Assembly (NCBI GenBank): GCA_012728435.1
Contig: JAAYFC010000053.1
Location: 1,662-65,661 of the forward strand
Length of the DNA stretch: 64,000 bases
From: Clostridiales bacterium
GTDB taxonomy: Bacteria; Bacillota; Clostridia; Christensenellales; Aristaeellaceae
Reading direction: 5' to 3'
In this document: piece after piece, positions 37,644 to 46,767 of the stretch
How the letters are laid out: each line of letters opens with the position of its first letter
Numbering within the stretch: the stretch's first letter is position 1
The notes under the pieces: model-generated
The model's input: the letters and a program-made list of their open reading frames with translations, nothing else
What the model was told of the DNA's origin: nothing
Database searches by the model: none
Program-made: the position numbers and the translations under genes

Positions 37644-37769
37644 ATGCCCAGCATTCCTCCGCCCACCCCCTGGTATGCCTATTGCCCCAACTGCAGCAGG
37701 CACCTGACAGAAGGGAACAACTTCAACTACTGCCCTTATTGCGGTGTTTTCCTCACCAACGGCTACTAA
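37644..37769 (+). CDS. 41-aa zinc-ribbon mini-ORF, or the frame-shifted C-terminus of the preceding gene
   Basis: It encodes MPSIPPPTPWYAYCPNCSRHLTEGNNFNYCPYCGVFLTNGY, with a CxxC-N13-CxxC pattern. This frame is open from 37554 and overlaps the end of the upstream CDS. A strong terminator follows. Confidence 0.35.
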   Translation: MPSIPPPTPWYAYCPNCSRHLTEGNNFNYCPYCGVFLTNGY

Positions 37770-37828
37770 TAAACACAGCTAATTCCTGCATGCATTAGAA
37801 AGTCTTTTCTACAGTTCTTCGTACTGGC

Positions 37829-37860
37829 CGGGCTGCACAAGTTGCAGCCCGCCTTTTTTT
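37829..37860 (+). terminator. Intrinsic terminator
   Basis: The stem CGGGCTGCA / TGCAGCCCG is followed by a T7 run. Confidence 0.85.
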
Positions 37861-37932
37861 CTGATACCTTAAGCATGTGTTTAGACTGGTTTTAAGATGT
37901 CAAACCAAGACCACACGGAGGTAGGAATTCAC

Positions 37933-38820
37933 ATGAAACGATTGGCTACAGCCCTTGTGGCATTGCTGCTTGTCCTGTCCCTGCTGCCGGCAACGGCTGC
38001 CAGCAAGCGCCCCCCAAAACTGCACCTGCTGCACCTGCAGGAAGGCGAAGTAAGCACGCCTTTTGGCGCGGAAGGCACCTGGGAAAGCGAGCATCAAGAC
38101 ATCGCGACAGTCACAAAGGAGGGGATCATCACAGCGGTGGCGGAAGGCTACACGCTGGTGTTGTGCCGGAATAAAAAAGAGGAAGTCATCATCCGCTGCG
38201 AGGTTCAGGTGGGGGAAAAGCCCGTACCGGAAGAGATTGAGCAGGTGATTGAGCGCGCCATTTCCGAGTGGGCGGAGGCAAACAACCAAGCCTTTCCCAA
38301 GTATAATAAGTACACCCAATGGTACAATCCCGGCGCCAAAAGCGGCTTTGGTTGGTGTGGTGCCTTCGTCGGCTACCAGTTTGATGAGGTGGGCATCCAG
38401 ATGGACAAGGAATACCGTGCCAAGTCCGCACCGCCGCTTACGGATGGCTCCCTGTTCGCGGTAAAGCAGGCCTCCCAAACCAAGCTGTTTGAGGGCTTTC
38501 AAAGCCGCAACCGCCTCTCCAACATCCCTCGCCCTGGGTACTATATCGTCTATGGCCGCAGGGGCAGCACGCCTTACACACATATCGGGCTGGTAACAGC
38601 GGTGCAGCCGCTGGACGATGGCAAATACATTCTGGACACGGTGGAAGGCAACTTAAACGCGCGCATCCGCCGTTATCAGTACATCTATGACAGCCAGGCG
38701 GAGCGCCCGGATCGCAACATCACCTCCGTCCCCCAGGAGATGCAGACGGCGCCGGACACCTATCTGTACAAGTATGTCGATAATTTCTATATCAACGTCT
38801 TCGGTCAAACCTGGTACTGA
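37933..38820 (+). CDS. Secreted Big_2 plus CHAP-domain peptidoglycan hydrolase candidate
   Basis: The signal peptide is MKRLATALVALLLVLSLLPATAAS. A Big_2-like segment is present (ATVTKEGIITAVAEGYTLV). The CHAP-like catalytic context is GWCGAFVGYQF ... YTHIGLV ... TVEGN. Confidence 0.75.
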   Translation: MKRLATALVALLLVLSLLPATAASKRPPKLHLLHLQEGEVSTPFGAEGTWESEHQDIATVTKEGIITAVAEGYTLVLCRNKKEEVIIRCEVQVGEKPVPEEIEQVIERAISEWAEANNQAFPKYNKYTQWYNPGAKSGFGWCGAFVGYQFDEVGIQMDKEYRAKSAPPLTDGSLFAVKQASQTKLFEGFQSRNRLSNIPRPGYYIVYGRRGSTPYTHIGLVTAVQPLDDGKYILDTVEGNLNARIRRYQYIYDSQAERPDRNITSVPQEMQTAPDTYLYKYVDNFYINVFGQTWY

Positions 38821-38848
38821 TATCTGTTCAAGCTGTTCATCTCTTCAT

Positions 38849-38871
38849 GCCGCCATCGCGCGGCTTTTTTT
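38849..38871 (+). terminator. Intrinsic terminator
   Basis: A short GC stem, GCCGC / GCGGC, is followed by a T7 run. Confidence 0.6.
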
Positions 38872-38917
38872 ATGGGGGAACAACGCCCGTAAAGCCCTTG
38901 AAGATTTCCGTCACAAC

Positions 38918-38946
38918 TTGCATTTTTGTTGTGAAACGTTTATTAT
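38918..38946 (+). promoter_or_regulatory. Putative sigma-A promoter of the degV-pdxK-zupT gene string
   Basis: TTGCAT, a 17-nt spacer, and TATTAT. Confidence 0.6.
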
Positions 38947-38987
38947 CATACTGGTTTGAGACAACCTGAAAAGACAGGAGGGGGCCT

Positions 38988-39866
38988 ATGTCCAAAAATT
39001 ATATCCTCATGAGTGACAGCGACAGCGACCTGCATTTTGAAATCGCCAAGGAAAAGAACATTCCCATCGTCAGGATGCCCTACAACCTGGATGATGTTGA
39101 GTATTTTGATGACAACGGCGCTTCCGGCGCTGAGAAGGTGCTGTTTGACCGCATGCGCGCGGGTGCTAAGCCCTTTACATCGCTTCTGCCCACCGCGGTT
39201 TATCTGGAGTATTTTGAGCCAATTTTAAAAGAGCAGGACCTGCTCTTCCTTGCCTTCTCCTCCCAGATTTCAGCCACCTACCTCAACATCCTGGAAGCGC
39301 AAAAGGAGCTGCTGGAGAGGTATCCAAACCGCCGCTTCATCGTGGTGGACACCCTGTCCATCTCAGCGCCCCAGTCCCTGTTGATTTTGGGCGCGCATGA
39401 GCTATACGAACAGGGCGCCGACATGGATACGGTCGCCAAGTGGGTGATGGACACCCGCATGAAGGCCCAGGCCTGGTTTACTGTGGGGGATTTGACTTAT
39501 CTGCGCCGCGGCGGCCGCATCTCCGCCACCAGCGCCATCATGGGCACGATGCTGGACATCAAGCCCATCTTGACCGTGTCACGCGAAGGCAAGCTGGAGC
39601 CGCACGCCAAGGTTCAGGGCCGCAAGAAGGCGATTAAGATGCTGGTGGATAAAACGGTGGAGAACATCGGGGACAGCAAGGGCAAATCTGTCATCATCCT
39701 GCATGGCGACGCGCAGGAGGAAGCCGAGATGCTCAAGAACCAGCTCAAAAACCGCTTGAGCGACCTGGGCGAGATCCGCATTCAGATGATCGGGCCGGTC
39801 ATCGGCGCCCACGCGGGCCCCGGCACCCTCAACATCGGCTTCATCGGAAACGAACGTACCGTTTAA
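38988..39866 (+). CDS. DegV family fatty-acid-binding protein
   Basis: The N-terminus is ILMSDSDSDL, and GGRISATSAIMGTMLDIKPIL and GPVIGAHAGPGT are present. The protein is 292 aa. Confidence 0.9.
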   Translation: MSKNYILMSDSDSDLHFEIAKEKNIPIVRMPYNLDDVEYFDDNGASGAEKVLFDRMRAGAKPFTSLLPTAVYLEYFEPILKEQDLLFLAFSSQISATYLNILEAQKELLERYPNRRFIVVDTLSISAPQSLLILGAHELYEQGADMDTVAKWVMDTRMKAQAWFTVGDLTYLRRGGRISATSAIMGTMLDIKPILTVSREGKLEPHAKVQGRKKAIKMLVDKTVENIGDSKGKSVIILHGDAQEEAEMLKNQLKNRLSDLGEIRIQMIGPVIGAHAGPGTLNIGFIGNERTV

Positions 39867-39884
39867 TTCCCTTTGGAACAGAAG

Positions 39885-40715
39885 ATGAAGACGCAAGCCC
39901 GTCTGCTTGTCGTCACGGATGTTGCAGGCGTGGGGCGCTGCTCCGCGCTGGTTGTGCTGCCTGTATTGGCGTTGTCAGGGGACAGCATCGCGCTTTTGCC
40001 CACGGCTTATTTCAGCACCCATACGGGGGGCTTTGGGCCTGTGCACCGCCTGGATATGACGCAGGATATGCAGGGCACCATCGCCCATTGGCAGCGCCTG
40101 GGCCTCCAGTTTGACGCGGTCTATCTGTCCTATGTTGCAAATGCCCGTCAATTGCAAATCATTCAGGACGCCTTGCCCACCCTCTTGCGTAAAGATGGTA
40201 CACTATATGTTGACCCTGTCATGGGGGATCATGGCCGCCCGTACGCTTTTTGCGGGCAGGACTTGGTGAGCGCCTTCGCGCAGCTGTGTAAACAGGCGGA
40301 TGTCATCTTCCCCAACCGCACAGAAGCCGCGTTGTTGCTGGGCTTGCCGCTCACAGACGGGGTGGAGCCCGCCCCGCCCGATATCAGGAGCCTGCGCGCC
40401 CTTGGTGCCAAACACGTGGTTTTAAGCGGCGTCGCGCGGGGGGATGAGCTGGGTGTGATGGCGGTATCCGCGCATCAAGCGCCGTACAGCAGCTTCCGCA
40501 AACGATTCGCAGGGTCCTATCCCGGCACGGGAGATTTGCTGGCGGCCAGCCTTATTGCGGCGCTGCGCAAGGGAAATACCTTGCAAGCAGCCTGTGAGGC
40601 CGCCCTTGATTTTCTGCAAGCAGCGCTTGAAAACACTGCGCGCTATCAGTCAGAGCCGCGCTTCGGCCTGGCCTTTGAGGAAGCCTTGCCCGGCCTGAAT
40701 GATGTCTTATCCTAG
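39885..40715 (+). CDS. pdxK: Pyridoxal/pyridoxamine kinase (ribokinase-like)
   Basis: The N-terminus LLVVTDVAGVGRCSALVVLPVLALSG, then DPVMGDHG, and the C-terminal GTGDLLAASL are typical of PdxK/PdxY. The start is ATG at 39885 or TTG at 39873. Confidence 0.8.
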   Translation: MKTQARLLVVTDVAGVGRCSALVVLPVLALSGDSIALLPTAYFSTHTGGFGPVHRLDMTQDMQGTIAHWQRLGLQFDAVYLSYVANARQLQIIQDALPTLLRKDGTLYVDPVMGDHGRPYAFCGQDLVSAFAQLCKQADVIFPNRTEAALLLGLPLTDGVEPAPPDIRSLRALGAKHVVLSGVARGDELGVMAVSAHQAPYSSFRKRFAGSYPGTGDLLAASLIAALRKGNTLQAACEAALDFLQAALENTARYQSEPRFGLAFEEALPGLNDVLS

Positions 40716-40733
40716 GGATGTGGGAGTATTGCT

Positions 40734-41540
40734 GTGGACATGATGAGCAATGTGCTGGAAGCCTTTTTCTTCACCCTCTTAGCCGGGCTGTCAACCGGCA
40801 TCGGCGGCGCCTTCGTGTTCTTCGCCAAAACCATCGACCGCCGCGTGCTGGCGGTCAGTTTGGGCTTGTCCGCCGGCGTGATGATCTATGTCTCCCTGGT
40901 TGAAATGCTGCCCGAATCCCGGCAAATGATCGCCCAGGTGCACGGGGACAAATCCGGCTTGCTCTATTCCCTGATTGCTTTTTTTGGCGGCATCCTGTTA
41001 ATTGCCATCATTGACAAGCTGATCCCCTGTGAGGAAAACCCGCACGAGATGGTCTGCCCCGTGCCAGCCAAGCCCAGTTTGCACGACAGCCGCTTAAAGC
41101 GCACAGGCCTGCTTACCGCGATGGCGATTGCCATTCACAATTTCCCAGAGGGCATGGCTGCCTTTGTCTCTGCCACCCAGTCGCTGAAACTGGCGATTCC
41201 CATCGTCGCGGCCATCGCGATTCACAACATCCCCGAGGGCATCTCCATTTCCATGCCCATCTTTTACGCAACGGGCAGCCGTCGCATTGCGATGCGCTAT
41301 TCAATCTTGGCCGGGCTGGCAGAGCCGCTGGGCGCGTTGATTGCGTTTTTAATCCTGCGGCCCTTTATGTCGGTGGTCTTGCAGGGGGTGTTGTTCGCCG
41401 GCACCGCGGGTGTCATGATTTTCATCTCCCTGGACGAACTGCTGCCCAGCGCGCAGCTGTATGGGGAGCATCATTACAGCATGTATGGGCTGGTGCTGGG
41501 CATGGCCATTATGGCGCTCAGCCTGTGGCTATTCATTTAA
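40734..41540 (+). CDS. zupT: Zinc transporter ZupT (ZIP family)
   Basis: The pattern MSNVLEAFFFTLLAGLSTGIGG ... AIAIHNFPEG ... AIAIHNIPEGISIS is the classic ZupT pattern. Confidence 0.9.
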   Translation: MDMMSNVLEAFFFTLLAGLSTGIGGAFVFFAKTIDRRVLAVSLGLSAGVMIYVSLVEMLPESRQMIAQVHGDKSGLLYSLIAFFGGILLIAIIDKLIPCEENPHEMVCPVPAKPSLHDSRLKRTGLLTAMAIAIHNFPEGMAAFVSATQSLKLAIPIVAAIAIHNIPEGISISMPIFYATGSRRIAMRYSILAGLAEPLGALIAFLILRPFMSVVLQGVLFAGTAGVMIFISLDELLPSAQLYGEHHYSMYGLVLGMAIMALSLWLFI

Positions 41541-41581
41541 CTTGTATTTTCAACAACTAAAGAGGAGGAATCGCGCGGCTC

Positions 41582-44416
41582 ATGGATGAACAGATGCATT
41601 TTCAGGTGGATTGCCAGGAATTGCTGGACGCCGCGCAAAACGTGCTGCCCGAAAGCGGTGTGGTCACACTCAAACCCATCCTGAAAATTCTGGAAGACCG
41701 CGTGACCATCAGCTTAAAGGCGGGGGAGGGCCGCGTCAGCTATATCCGCGATGTGCCCGCGTTTTTTGAGGCAATCCGGGACCGGCAGCCCTTCCCCATC
41801 AGCAAGAACTTCACCTACTCACCGGCCTGGATGCGGCTTGATAAGGCGTCCCAGTCGCTGTGTGACCAGTTGTTTGCCTATCTGGAGACGCTGTCGCATT
41901 CCAATCAGCCGTTGACAGGGATGTCCAAGCGGGACATCCCACTGTCTGGCAGCATGCTCAAATTGGTGCTAAACGCGCTTGTTGCCATGGACTTTGTCCT
42001 CACCCTCTCCCCCAAGCAAGAGCACGAGCAAAATGGCATCGAACAAGAGAGCTTGCCGCTCCTTTTCCGCCTGGGCTATGACATCAGGGGCGTGGTGCTG
42101 ACCGGCTCCTGGCAGGAGAACGTACAGGCGGTTGTAGAGGACGGCAGCTTTGTCATCATGAAAGGTCGTTTGTTTCAGCTGTCGCTGTCTGATGCCCTGC
42201 TGATGCGTACCCTGCCAAAGCCGATGGAGGGGGAGGAGTTTACCATTCCCTTCTCGCGCTCCCAGACGCCGCGCGTGTTTGCAGAGCTGCTGCCCTTTTT
42301 GCAGCGTTCCCACGCGGTGGTAATGGAAGAGGATTTACAGGAGCGCCTGCTTCAGTATCCGCTCAAGGCCAGAATCTATCTGGATTCGGAGGGCAGCGGC
42401 ATTGCTGCCCGGGTAGCCTTTGTTTATGGCGACCTGAAGGCGGACCCCTTCTCGCATGAGCAGAACCTGCCGGCCTATCTGCTCAGGGACGCTGCGGGCG
42501 AGCGCAAAATCATGGATTTGCTGGCGCAGTACGGCTTCCGCGCGCGGACTGGCCGCGCGGACCTGCAAAACACCGATTTAATCTTCGAGTTTCTCATGAA
42601 GGGCGTGTCCGACCTGCACCGCTTGGGTGAGGTCTACCTCAGCCAGGCCTTCCGCCAGCTCACACCGCGCGCGCCCTCGTTTAGTGCCCATATGCGCATG
42701 CGCTCTGGCCGCATCAGCCTGGAGTTGGCGGATGACGGACAGTTTTCCGATGAATTGCTTCCCCTGATGCAGGCGCTCAGCAAACGCAAGAAGTATTTCC
42801 GCTACAAGAATGGCGCTTTCATCACCTTGGATGACGCGCGGGAGTGGCAGGCGCTGGCGGATGCTTACTTAGAAAGCCTGGCGCCCCAGCAGGATGAGCG
42901 GGATTTGCCCGCCATGCGCGCGCATTACCTGGCCGCCCTCATTGACAAAAGCCAGCTGCCCGTCACCTTTGATGAGGGCACAAGAAACGCCGTGGCACTC
43001 GATCCCGAGCGCATCACAAGCCCGGTGGACGGCCTGTTTGCGTATCAATTACGGGGCTTCCGCTGGATTTGTGCGCTGAACATCCTGGGCTTGGGTGGCA
43101 TTCTGGCGGATGAGATGGGCCTTGGCAAGACGGTGCAGATGATTGCTGCCATAGCGTATTTCGCGCGCAGCGAGCCTGTGCGCTTGCCCAGCTTAATCGT
43201 GTCGCCAACCACCCTTTTGTATAACTGGCAGTCGGAGATTGAGCGTTTCGCGCCCAACCTGTGCGCGACGGTCATCAGCGGCAGCAAGCCCATCCGGGAA
43301 AAATTGCTGGAAGAAGCCCTGAAGGATGAGAGCAACGATGTCATCATCACCAGCTATCCCTTGCTTCGGCAGGACATCGCGCTGTATGAAAACCTGCGCT
43401 TCCGCTTCGCGGTGCTGGATGAGGCACAGAACATCAAAAACTTCACCAGCCAGACGGCGCGCACCGCCAAGCGCATCAACGCGCATACCCGTCTGGCTCT
43501 CACCGGCACGCCCATGGAAAACAATGTAACAGAGCTGTGGTCGCTGTTTGATTTTGTTTTGCCGGGCTATTTGTTCTCCGCGCGGGAGTTTATCAGGCGC
43601 TATGAGGATGGCCGCCACGCGGAGGAGCTGCGCCTGCGCATTCGTCCCTTCTTGATGCGCCGGCTCAAATCAGATGTCATGGCAGAACTGCCGGAGAAAC
43701 TCAGCACCACCATGTATTGCGAGATGGGGGCGGAGCAGCGCAGGGTCTACCAGGCTGCGCTGCTCAAAAGCCGCACCTGGGTGAATGAGCTGATGGAAAA
43801 GAAGGGGCTGGACGGCAGCCGGATTGAGGTGCTGTCCGCGATTACCCTCATGCGCCAGCTCTGCTGCCACCCCCTCTTAATGATGGAGGACTATGCGGGC
43901 GACTCCGCCAAGCTGGATTTGCTGATGGAGGTGTTGCCCGATGCCCTCAAAAGCGGACGGCGGATCCTGCTTTTTTCCCAGTTCACCTCAATGCTCAAGA
44001 TTATCCGCGCGCGGCTGGATGAGGCGGGCATTCCCAGCCTCTACCTGGATGGCGAGACCGGCGCGCAGGAGCGCGTCTTGCTGGCAGACCGCTTCAATCA
44101 AGGGCAGGTGCCTGTCTTCCTGATTTCGCTCAAGGCGGGCGGAACAGGGCTGAACCTCACAGGCGCTGACATGGTGATTCACTATGACCCATGGTGGAAC
44201 CCGACCGCGGAGGACCAGGCCAATGACCGCGCGCACCGGCTGGGCCAGGATAAAACGGTGCAGATACTGCACCTGATAACCCGCAAATCCATAGAGGAGG
44301 CGGTGGTCGAAATGGGCAGGCGCAAGCGCCGCTTGTTTGATCGCCTCATCACGCCCGGGGAAACCATGCCCCAGAAACTCAGCCAAAGCGATGTACTGCG
44401 TTTGTTTGAAAAATAA
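41582..44416 (+). CDS. SNF2 family helicase with a bacterial SNF2-associated N-terminal region
   Basis: Motif I is ILADEMGLGKT and motif II is LDEAQNIKN. The helicase C motifs are LKAGGTGLNLTGAD and QANDRAHRLGQ. The ~480-aa N-terminal region has no motif I recognise. Confidence 0.9.
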   Translation: MDEQMHFQVDCQELLDAAQNVLPESGVVTLKPILKILEDRVTISLKAGEGRVSYIRDVPAFFEAIRDRQPFPISKNFTYSPAWMRLDKASQSLCDQLFAYLETLSHSNQPLTGMSKRDIPLSGSMLKLVLNALVAMDFVLTLSPKQEHEQNGIEQESLPLLFRLGYDIRGVVLTGSWQENVQAVVEDGSFVIMKGRLFQLSLSDALLMRTLPKPMEGEEFTIPFSRSQTPRVFAELLPFLQRSHAVVMEEDLQERLLQYPLKARIYLDSEGSGIAARVAFVYGDLKADPFSHEQNLPAYLLRDAAGERKIMDLLAQYGFRARTGRADLQNTDLIFEFLMKGVSDLHRLGEVYLSQAFRQLTPRAPSFSAHMRMRSGRISLELADDGQFSDELLPLMQALSKRKKYFRYKNGAFITLDDAREWQALADAYLESLAPQQDERDLPAMRAHYLAALIDKSQLPVTFDEGTRNAVALDPERITSPVDGLFAYQLRGFRWICALNILGLGGILADEMGLGKTVQMIAAIAYFARSEPVRLPSLIVSPTTLLYNWQSEIERFAPNLCATVISGSKPIREKLLEEALKDESNDVIITSYPLLRQDIALYENLRFRFAVLDEAQNIKNFTSQTARTAKRINAHTRLALTGTPMENNVTELWSLFDFVLPGYLFSAREFIRRYEDGRHAEELRLRIRPFLMRRLKSDVMAELPEKLSTTMYCEMGAEQRRVYQAALLKSRTWVNELMEKKGLDGSRIEVLSAITLMRQLCCHPLLMMEDYAGDSAKLDLLMEVLPDALKSGRRILLFSQFTSMLKIIRARLDEAGIPSLYLDGETGAQERVLLADRFNQGQVPVFLISLKAGGTGLNLTGADMVIHYDPWWNPTAEDQANDRAHRLGQDKTVQILHLITRKSIEEAVVEMGRRKRRLFDRLITPGETMPQKLSQSDVLRLFEK

Positions 44417-44501
44417 AAGCAGAATGCAAAACAGGATGTAATTGGGTAAGATAAGTTTGAAACGCGCGCGGACGCGCAACACTGCTTAGGAGGTACATGA
44501 A

Positions 44502-45374
44502 GTGTCCTTTTGGATTGTAACGGACGTTGGTGCAGATATCTCACTGGAATATTTCAAGAAACAGCGGGATTTACAGATTCTGCCCATGCCCTATCGGATG
44601 GACGGGGTGGAGAAGCTTTACAACGTCCAGGACGAGCCCAGCCTGGTGCAATTCTACCAGGACCTGCGCGCAGAAAAAACGGCCACCACGGCCCAGGTGA
44701 CGGTGGACAGCGCCTTTACTTGTTTTGAACGTCTCACCAATGAGGGCAAGCAGGTGTTGTACATTGGCTTGTCCAGCGGCATTTCCGGCACCGTTCAATC
44801 CGGCCTTACCGCCAGGGACATGGTGCTGGAAAAGAACCCTCAGGCTAAGATTTCCGTTGTGGACTCCCTCCTGGCTTCTGCCGGCGAAGCCCTGCTGGTT
44901 CACTATGCCATCCAACTGCGCGAAGAGGGGAAAACCCTGGAAGAAACCGTTCAGTGGCTGGTGAACAACCGCCAGCGCTTTAACTCCTGGTTCACCGTGG
45001 AAGACCTGAACTTCCTCTTCCGGGGTGGCAGGGTCAGCCGCACCTCGGCCTTGTTGGGCAGCATGATGCGGATCAAGCCCATCATGCATGTCAATTTTGA
45101 TGGCAAGCTCATCCCCATGGACAAGATCACCGGCCGCAAACGCTCCTTGAAAGCCCTGGCAGAAAAGGTTCAAGAGCTGTCCAACCTCAAGGAAGGGCAG
45201 ACCATCTTCATCAGCCATGGCGACTGCAGGGAAGATGCGGAGTACCTGGCCCAGCAGATTAAGGAAAACATGCCCAACATCAAAGACATCCAGTTCTTCA
45301 CCTTGGGGCCCATCATCGGCGCTCATGCAGGCCCCGGCACCGTTGCCGTCTTCTTTACTGGCGACGCAAGATAA
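44502..45374 (+). CDS. DegV family fatty-acid-binding protein (second paralog)
   Basis: The GTG at 44502 lies 8 nt after TAGGAGG. Motifs are IVTDVGADI, RGGRVSRTSALLGSMMRIKPIM and GPIIGAHAGPGT. Confidence 0.9.
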   Translation: MSFWIVTDVGADISLEYFKKQRDLQILPMPYRMDGVEKLYNVQDEPSLVQFYQDLRAEKTATTAQVTVDSAFTCFERLTNEGKQVLYIGLSSGISGTVQSGLTARDMVLEKNPQAKISVVDSLLASAGEALLVHYAIQLREEGKTLEETVQWLVNNRQRFNSWFTVEDLNFLFRGGRVSRTSALLGSMMRIKPIMHVNFDGKLIPMDKITGRKRSLKALAEKVQELSNLKEGQTIFISHGDCREDAEYLAQQIKENMPNIKDIQFFTLGPIIGAHAGPGTVAVFFTGDAR

Positions 45375-45394
45375 GGATTGTCCCGCGCATCACA

Positions 45395-45421
45395 AACCGC
45401 CTGGTTATGCCGGGCGGTTTT
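45395..45421 (+). terminator. Intrinsic terminator of the second degV
   Basis: The stem AACCGCC / GGCGGTT is followed by TTTT. Confidence 0.7.
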
Positions 45422-45427
45422 CGTCTG

Positions 45428-45457
45428 TTGACAAGCGCTGACCACGCTTGTTATGCT
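45428..45457 (+). promoter_or_regulatory. Putative sigma-A promoter of recO
   Basis: TTGACA, an 18-nt spacer, and TATGCT. Confidence 0.5.
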
Positions 45458-45486
45458 CAAACTGAACGAATGTCAAGGAGTGCTCA

Positions 45487-46209
45487 TTGCCTTACAAAAC
45501 TTTCCAGGCCATCGTGCTGCAGCGCGTGGACTGGCGCGAGAACGACCGCATCCTCACCCTGTTCTCCCCGGAGCATGGCAGGGTGGATGTGCTGTGCCGC
45601 TCCTGCAGGAAACCAAAGAGCCCTTTGATGAGCGCAGCGGAACTGTTTACCATGGGGGAGTACGTGGTGTTTTCGGGCAAAGGGCGGGACTATGTCCAGT
45701 CCTGCTCCATTATCGAAAGCTTTTACCCCCTGCGGCTTGATTACGCCCGCCTGGCGGCTGCCGCAATGATGGCCAGCGCCTGTCTTAAAACCATCCAGCC
45801 CGAGGAACCCATGGGGCATCTGTACATCCTGCTCGCGCGTTCCTTCCGCCGCCTTGCCTTTGAGGACAGCGATATCACCGCTGTGACCAGTGCCTTTTTG
45901 CTGCACTTCATCACGCTGCAGGGCTTCAAGCCCCGGCTGAATCACTGTGTGCGCTGCCAAAAGCGCATGGGGGATGCGGAGGGCGGCTATTTGATGGAGC
46001 AGGAGGATGGCATCTGCTGCGCTGCCTGCGCGCCGCAGGCAAACAGGCGCAGCTGGCTATCCGCTGAGCAAACAGCCTGGCTACGGGATGTGCTTGTTTT
46101 GGGTATTGATAAGATTTCGCGCGAATTAGGCGCTTACCCCCTTGGTCATCTAAAACGATATACAGAATATCAGCTGGAAACAAACCTGCCTGATTTGCCA
46201 AAACAATAA
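45487..46209 (+). CDS. recO: DNA repair protein RecO
   Basis: The TTG start follows AAGGAG. The N-terminal OB fold is FQAIVLQRVDWRENDRILTLFSPEHGRVDVLCRSCRKPKS. The zinc motif is CVRC...CCAAC. Confidence 0.9.
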   Translation: MPYKTFQAIVLQRVDWRENDRILTLFSPEHGRVDVLCRSCRKPKSPLMSAAELFTMGEYVVFSGKGRDYVQSCSIIESFYPLRLDYARLAAAAMMASACLKTIQPEEPMGHLYILLARSFRRLAFEDSDITAVTSAFLLHFITLQGFKPRLNHCVRCQKRMGDAEGGYLMEQEDGICCAACAPQANRRSWLSAEQTAWLRDVLVLGIDKISRELGAYPLGHLKRYTEYQLETNLPDLPKQ

Positions 46210-46234
46210 AAACCACCAGGCGCCTGGCCTGGTG
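46205..46234. terminator. Bidirectional terminator between recO and the convergent gene
   Basis: An 8-bp stem, CACCAGGC / GCCTGGTG, has an A-tract on the plus strand, which reads as a T-run on the minus strand. Confidence 0.7.
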
Positions 46235-46252
46235 TAATCAGGATTGGTTTAA

Positions 46253-46738
46253 TCAGTAGGCCCGAATCTCTAGCGCGTACCGCTCCGCCAGCAGCAGATC
46301 CTTGTAGCCGCGCTGCATGATAAAGGAATAGTCCTGCTCCTTCCGGCCGTTTTGCCGGTACACGGTGTAACTGTGCAGGGTATAGATTCGCTTTTGCATG
46401 AAGATGGGAAAATCCTCCGCAATCAGCTCCGTATATAGCCGGGTAAAGGCATCGTTTCGCAGGCTGTTGCCGTTATGCTTGAACTTGAAGTCAAGCACAA
46501 TATGCGCAGGGCAGACGGTGGTCATGGTGATGCCGCTGCCCTCAATGCGGATGGTGTCGATATCCAGGTGGCGAAGCGCAGACATTTTTAAGTGTAACTC
46601 TTGGTAAAGCGCAGTTTCCCGTAGCCGGTTCAGCTGTGCTGTCTCATCCACATGAGCCTTGGCGCAAGCCAGGTAGATTGCGATGGCAGCTACCACGCAA
46701 GCCACAAAGCTGAATACAGCCAAAGAACTCATTTTCAC
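46253..46738 (-). CDS. Hypothetical membrane-anchored protein
   Basis: It has an N-terminal TM helix (SSLAVFSFVACVVAAIAIYLA) and a ~130-aa C-terminal domain with no motif I recognise. It has a good ribosome-binding site (AGAGG) and a strong upstream promoter. Confidence 0.6.
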   Translation of the reverse strand: MKMSSLAVFSFVACVVAAIAIYLACAKAHVDETAQLNRLRETALYQELHLKMSALRHLDIDTIRIEGSGITMTTVCPAHIVLDFKFKHNGNSLRNDAFTRLYTELIAEDFPIFMQKRIYTLHSYTVYRQNGRKEQDYSFIMQRGYKDLLLAERYALEIRAY

Positions 46739-46751
46739 AAACCGCCTCTTC

Positions 46752-46767
46752 CCACAATATATTGTGG
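46752..46767. promoter_or_regulatory. Perfect 16-bp palindrome CCACAATATATTGTGG at the predicted transcription start (operator candidate)
   Basis: It is exactly self-complementary and abuts the -10 box. A third TTGTGG half-site lies in the promoter spacer. Confidence 0.4.

Noticed and set aside
41582-44416. SNF2 helicase as part of a phage-defence system (DISARM/BREX/Zorya-like)
   Set aside because: There is no adjacent methyltransferase, PLD nuclease, DUF1998 or other defence partner. The neighbours are zupT and degV. The architecture matches the common housekeeping Firmicute SNF2 protein with an SNF2-associated N-terminal region.
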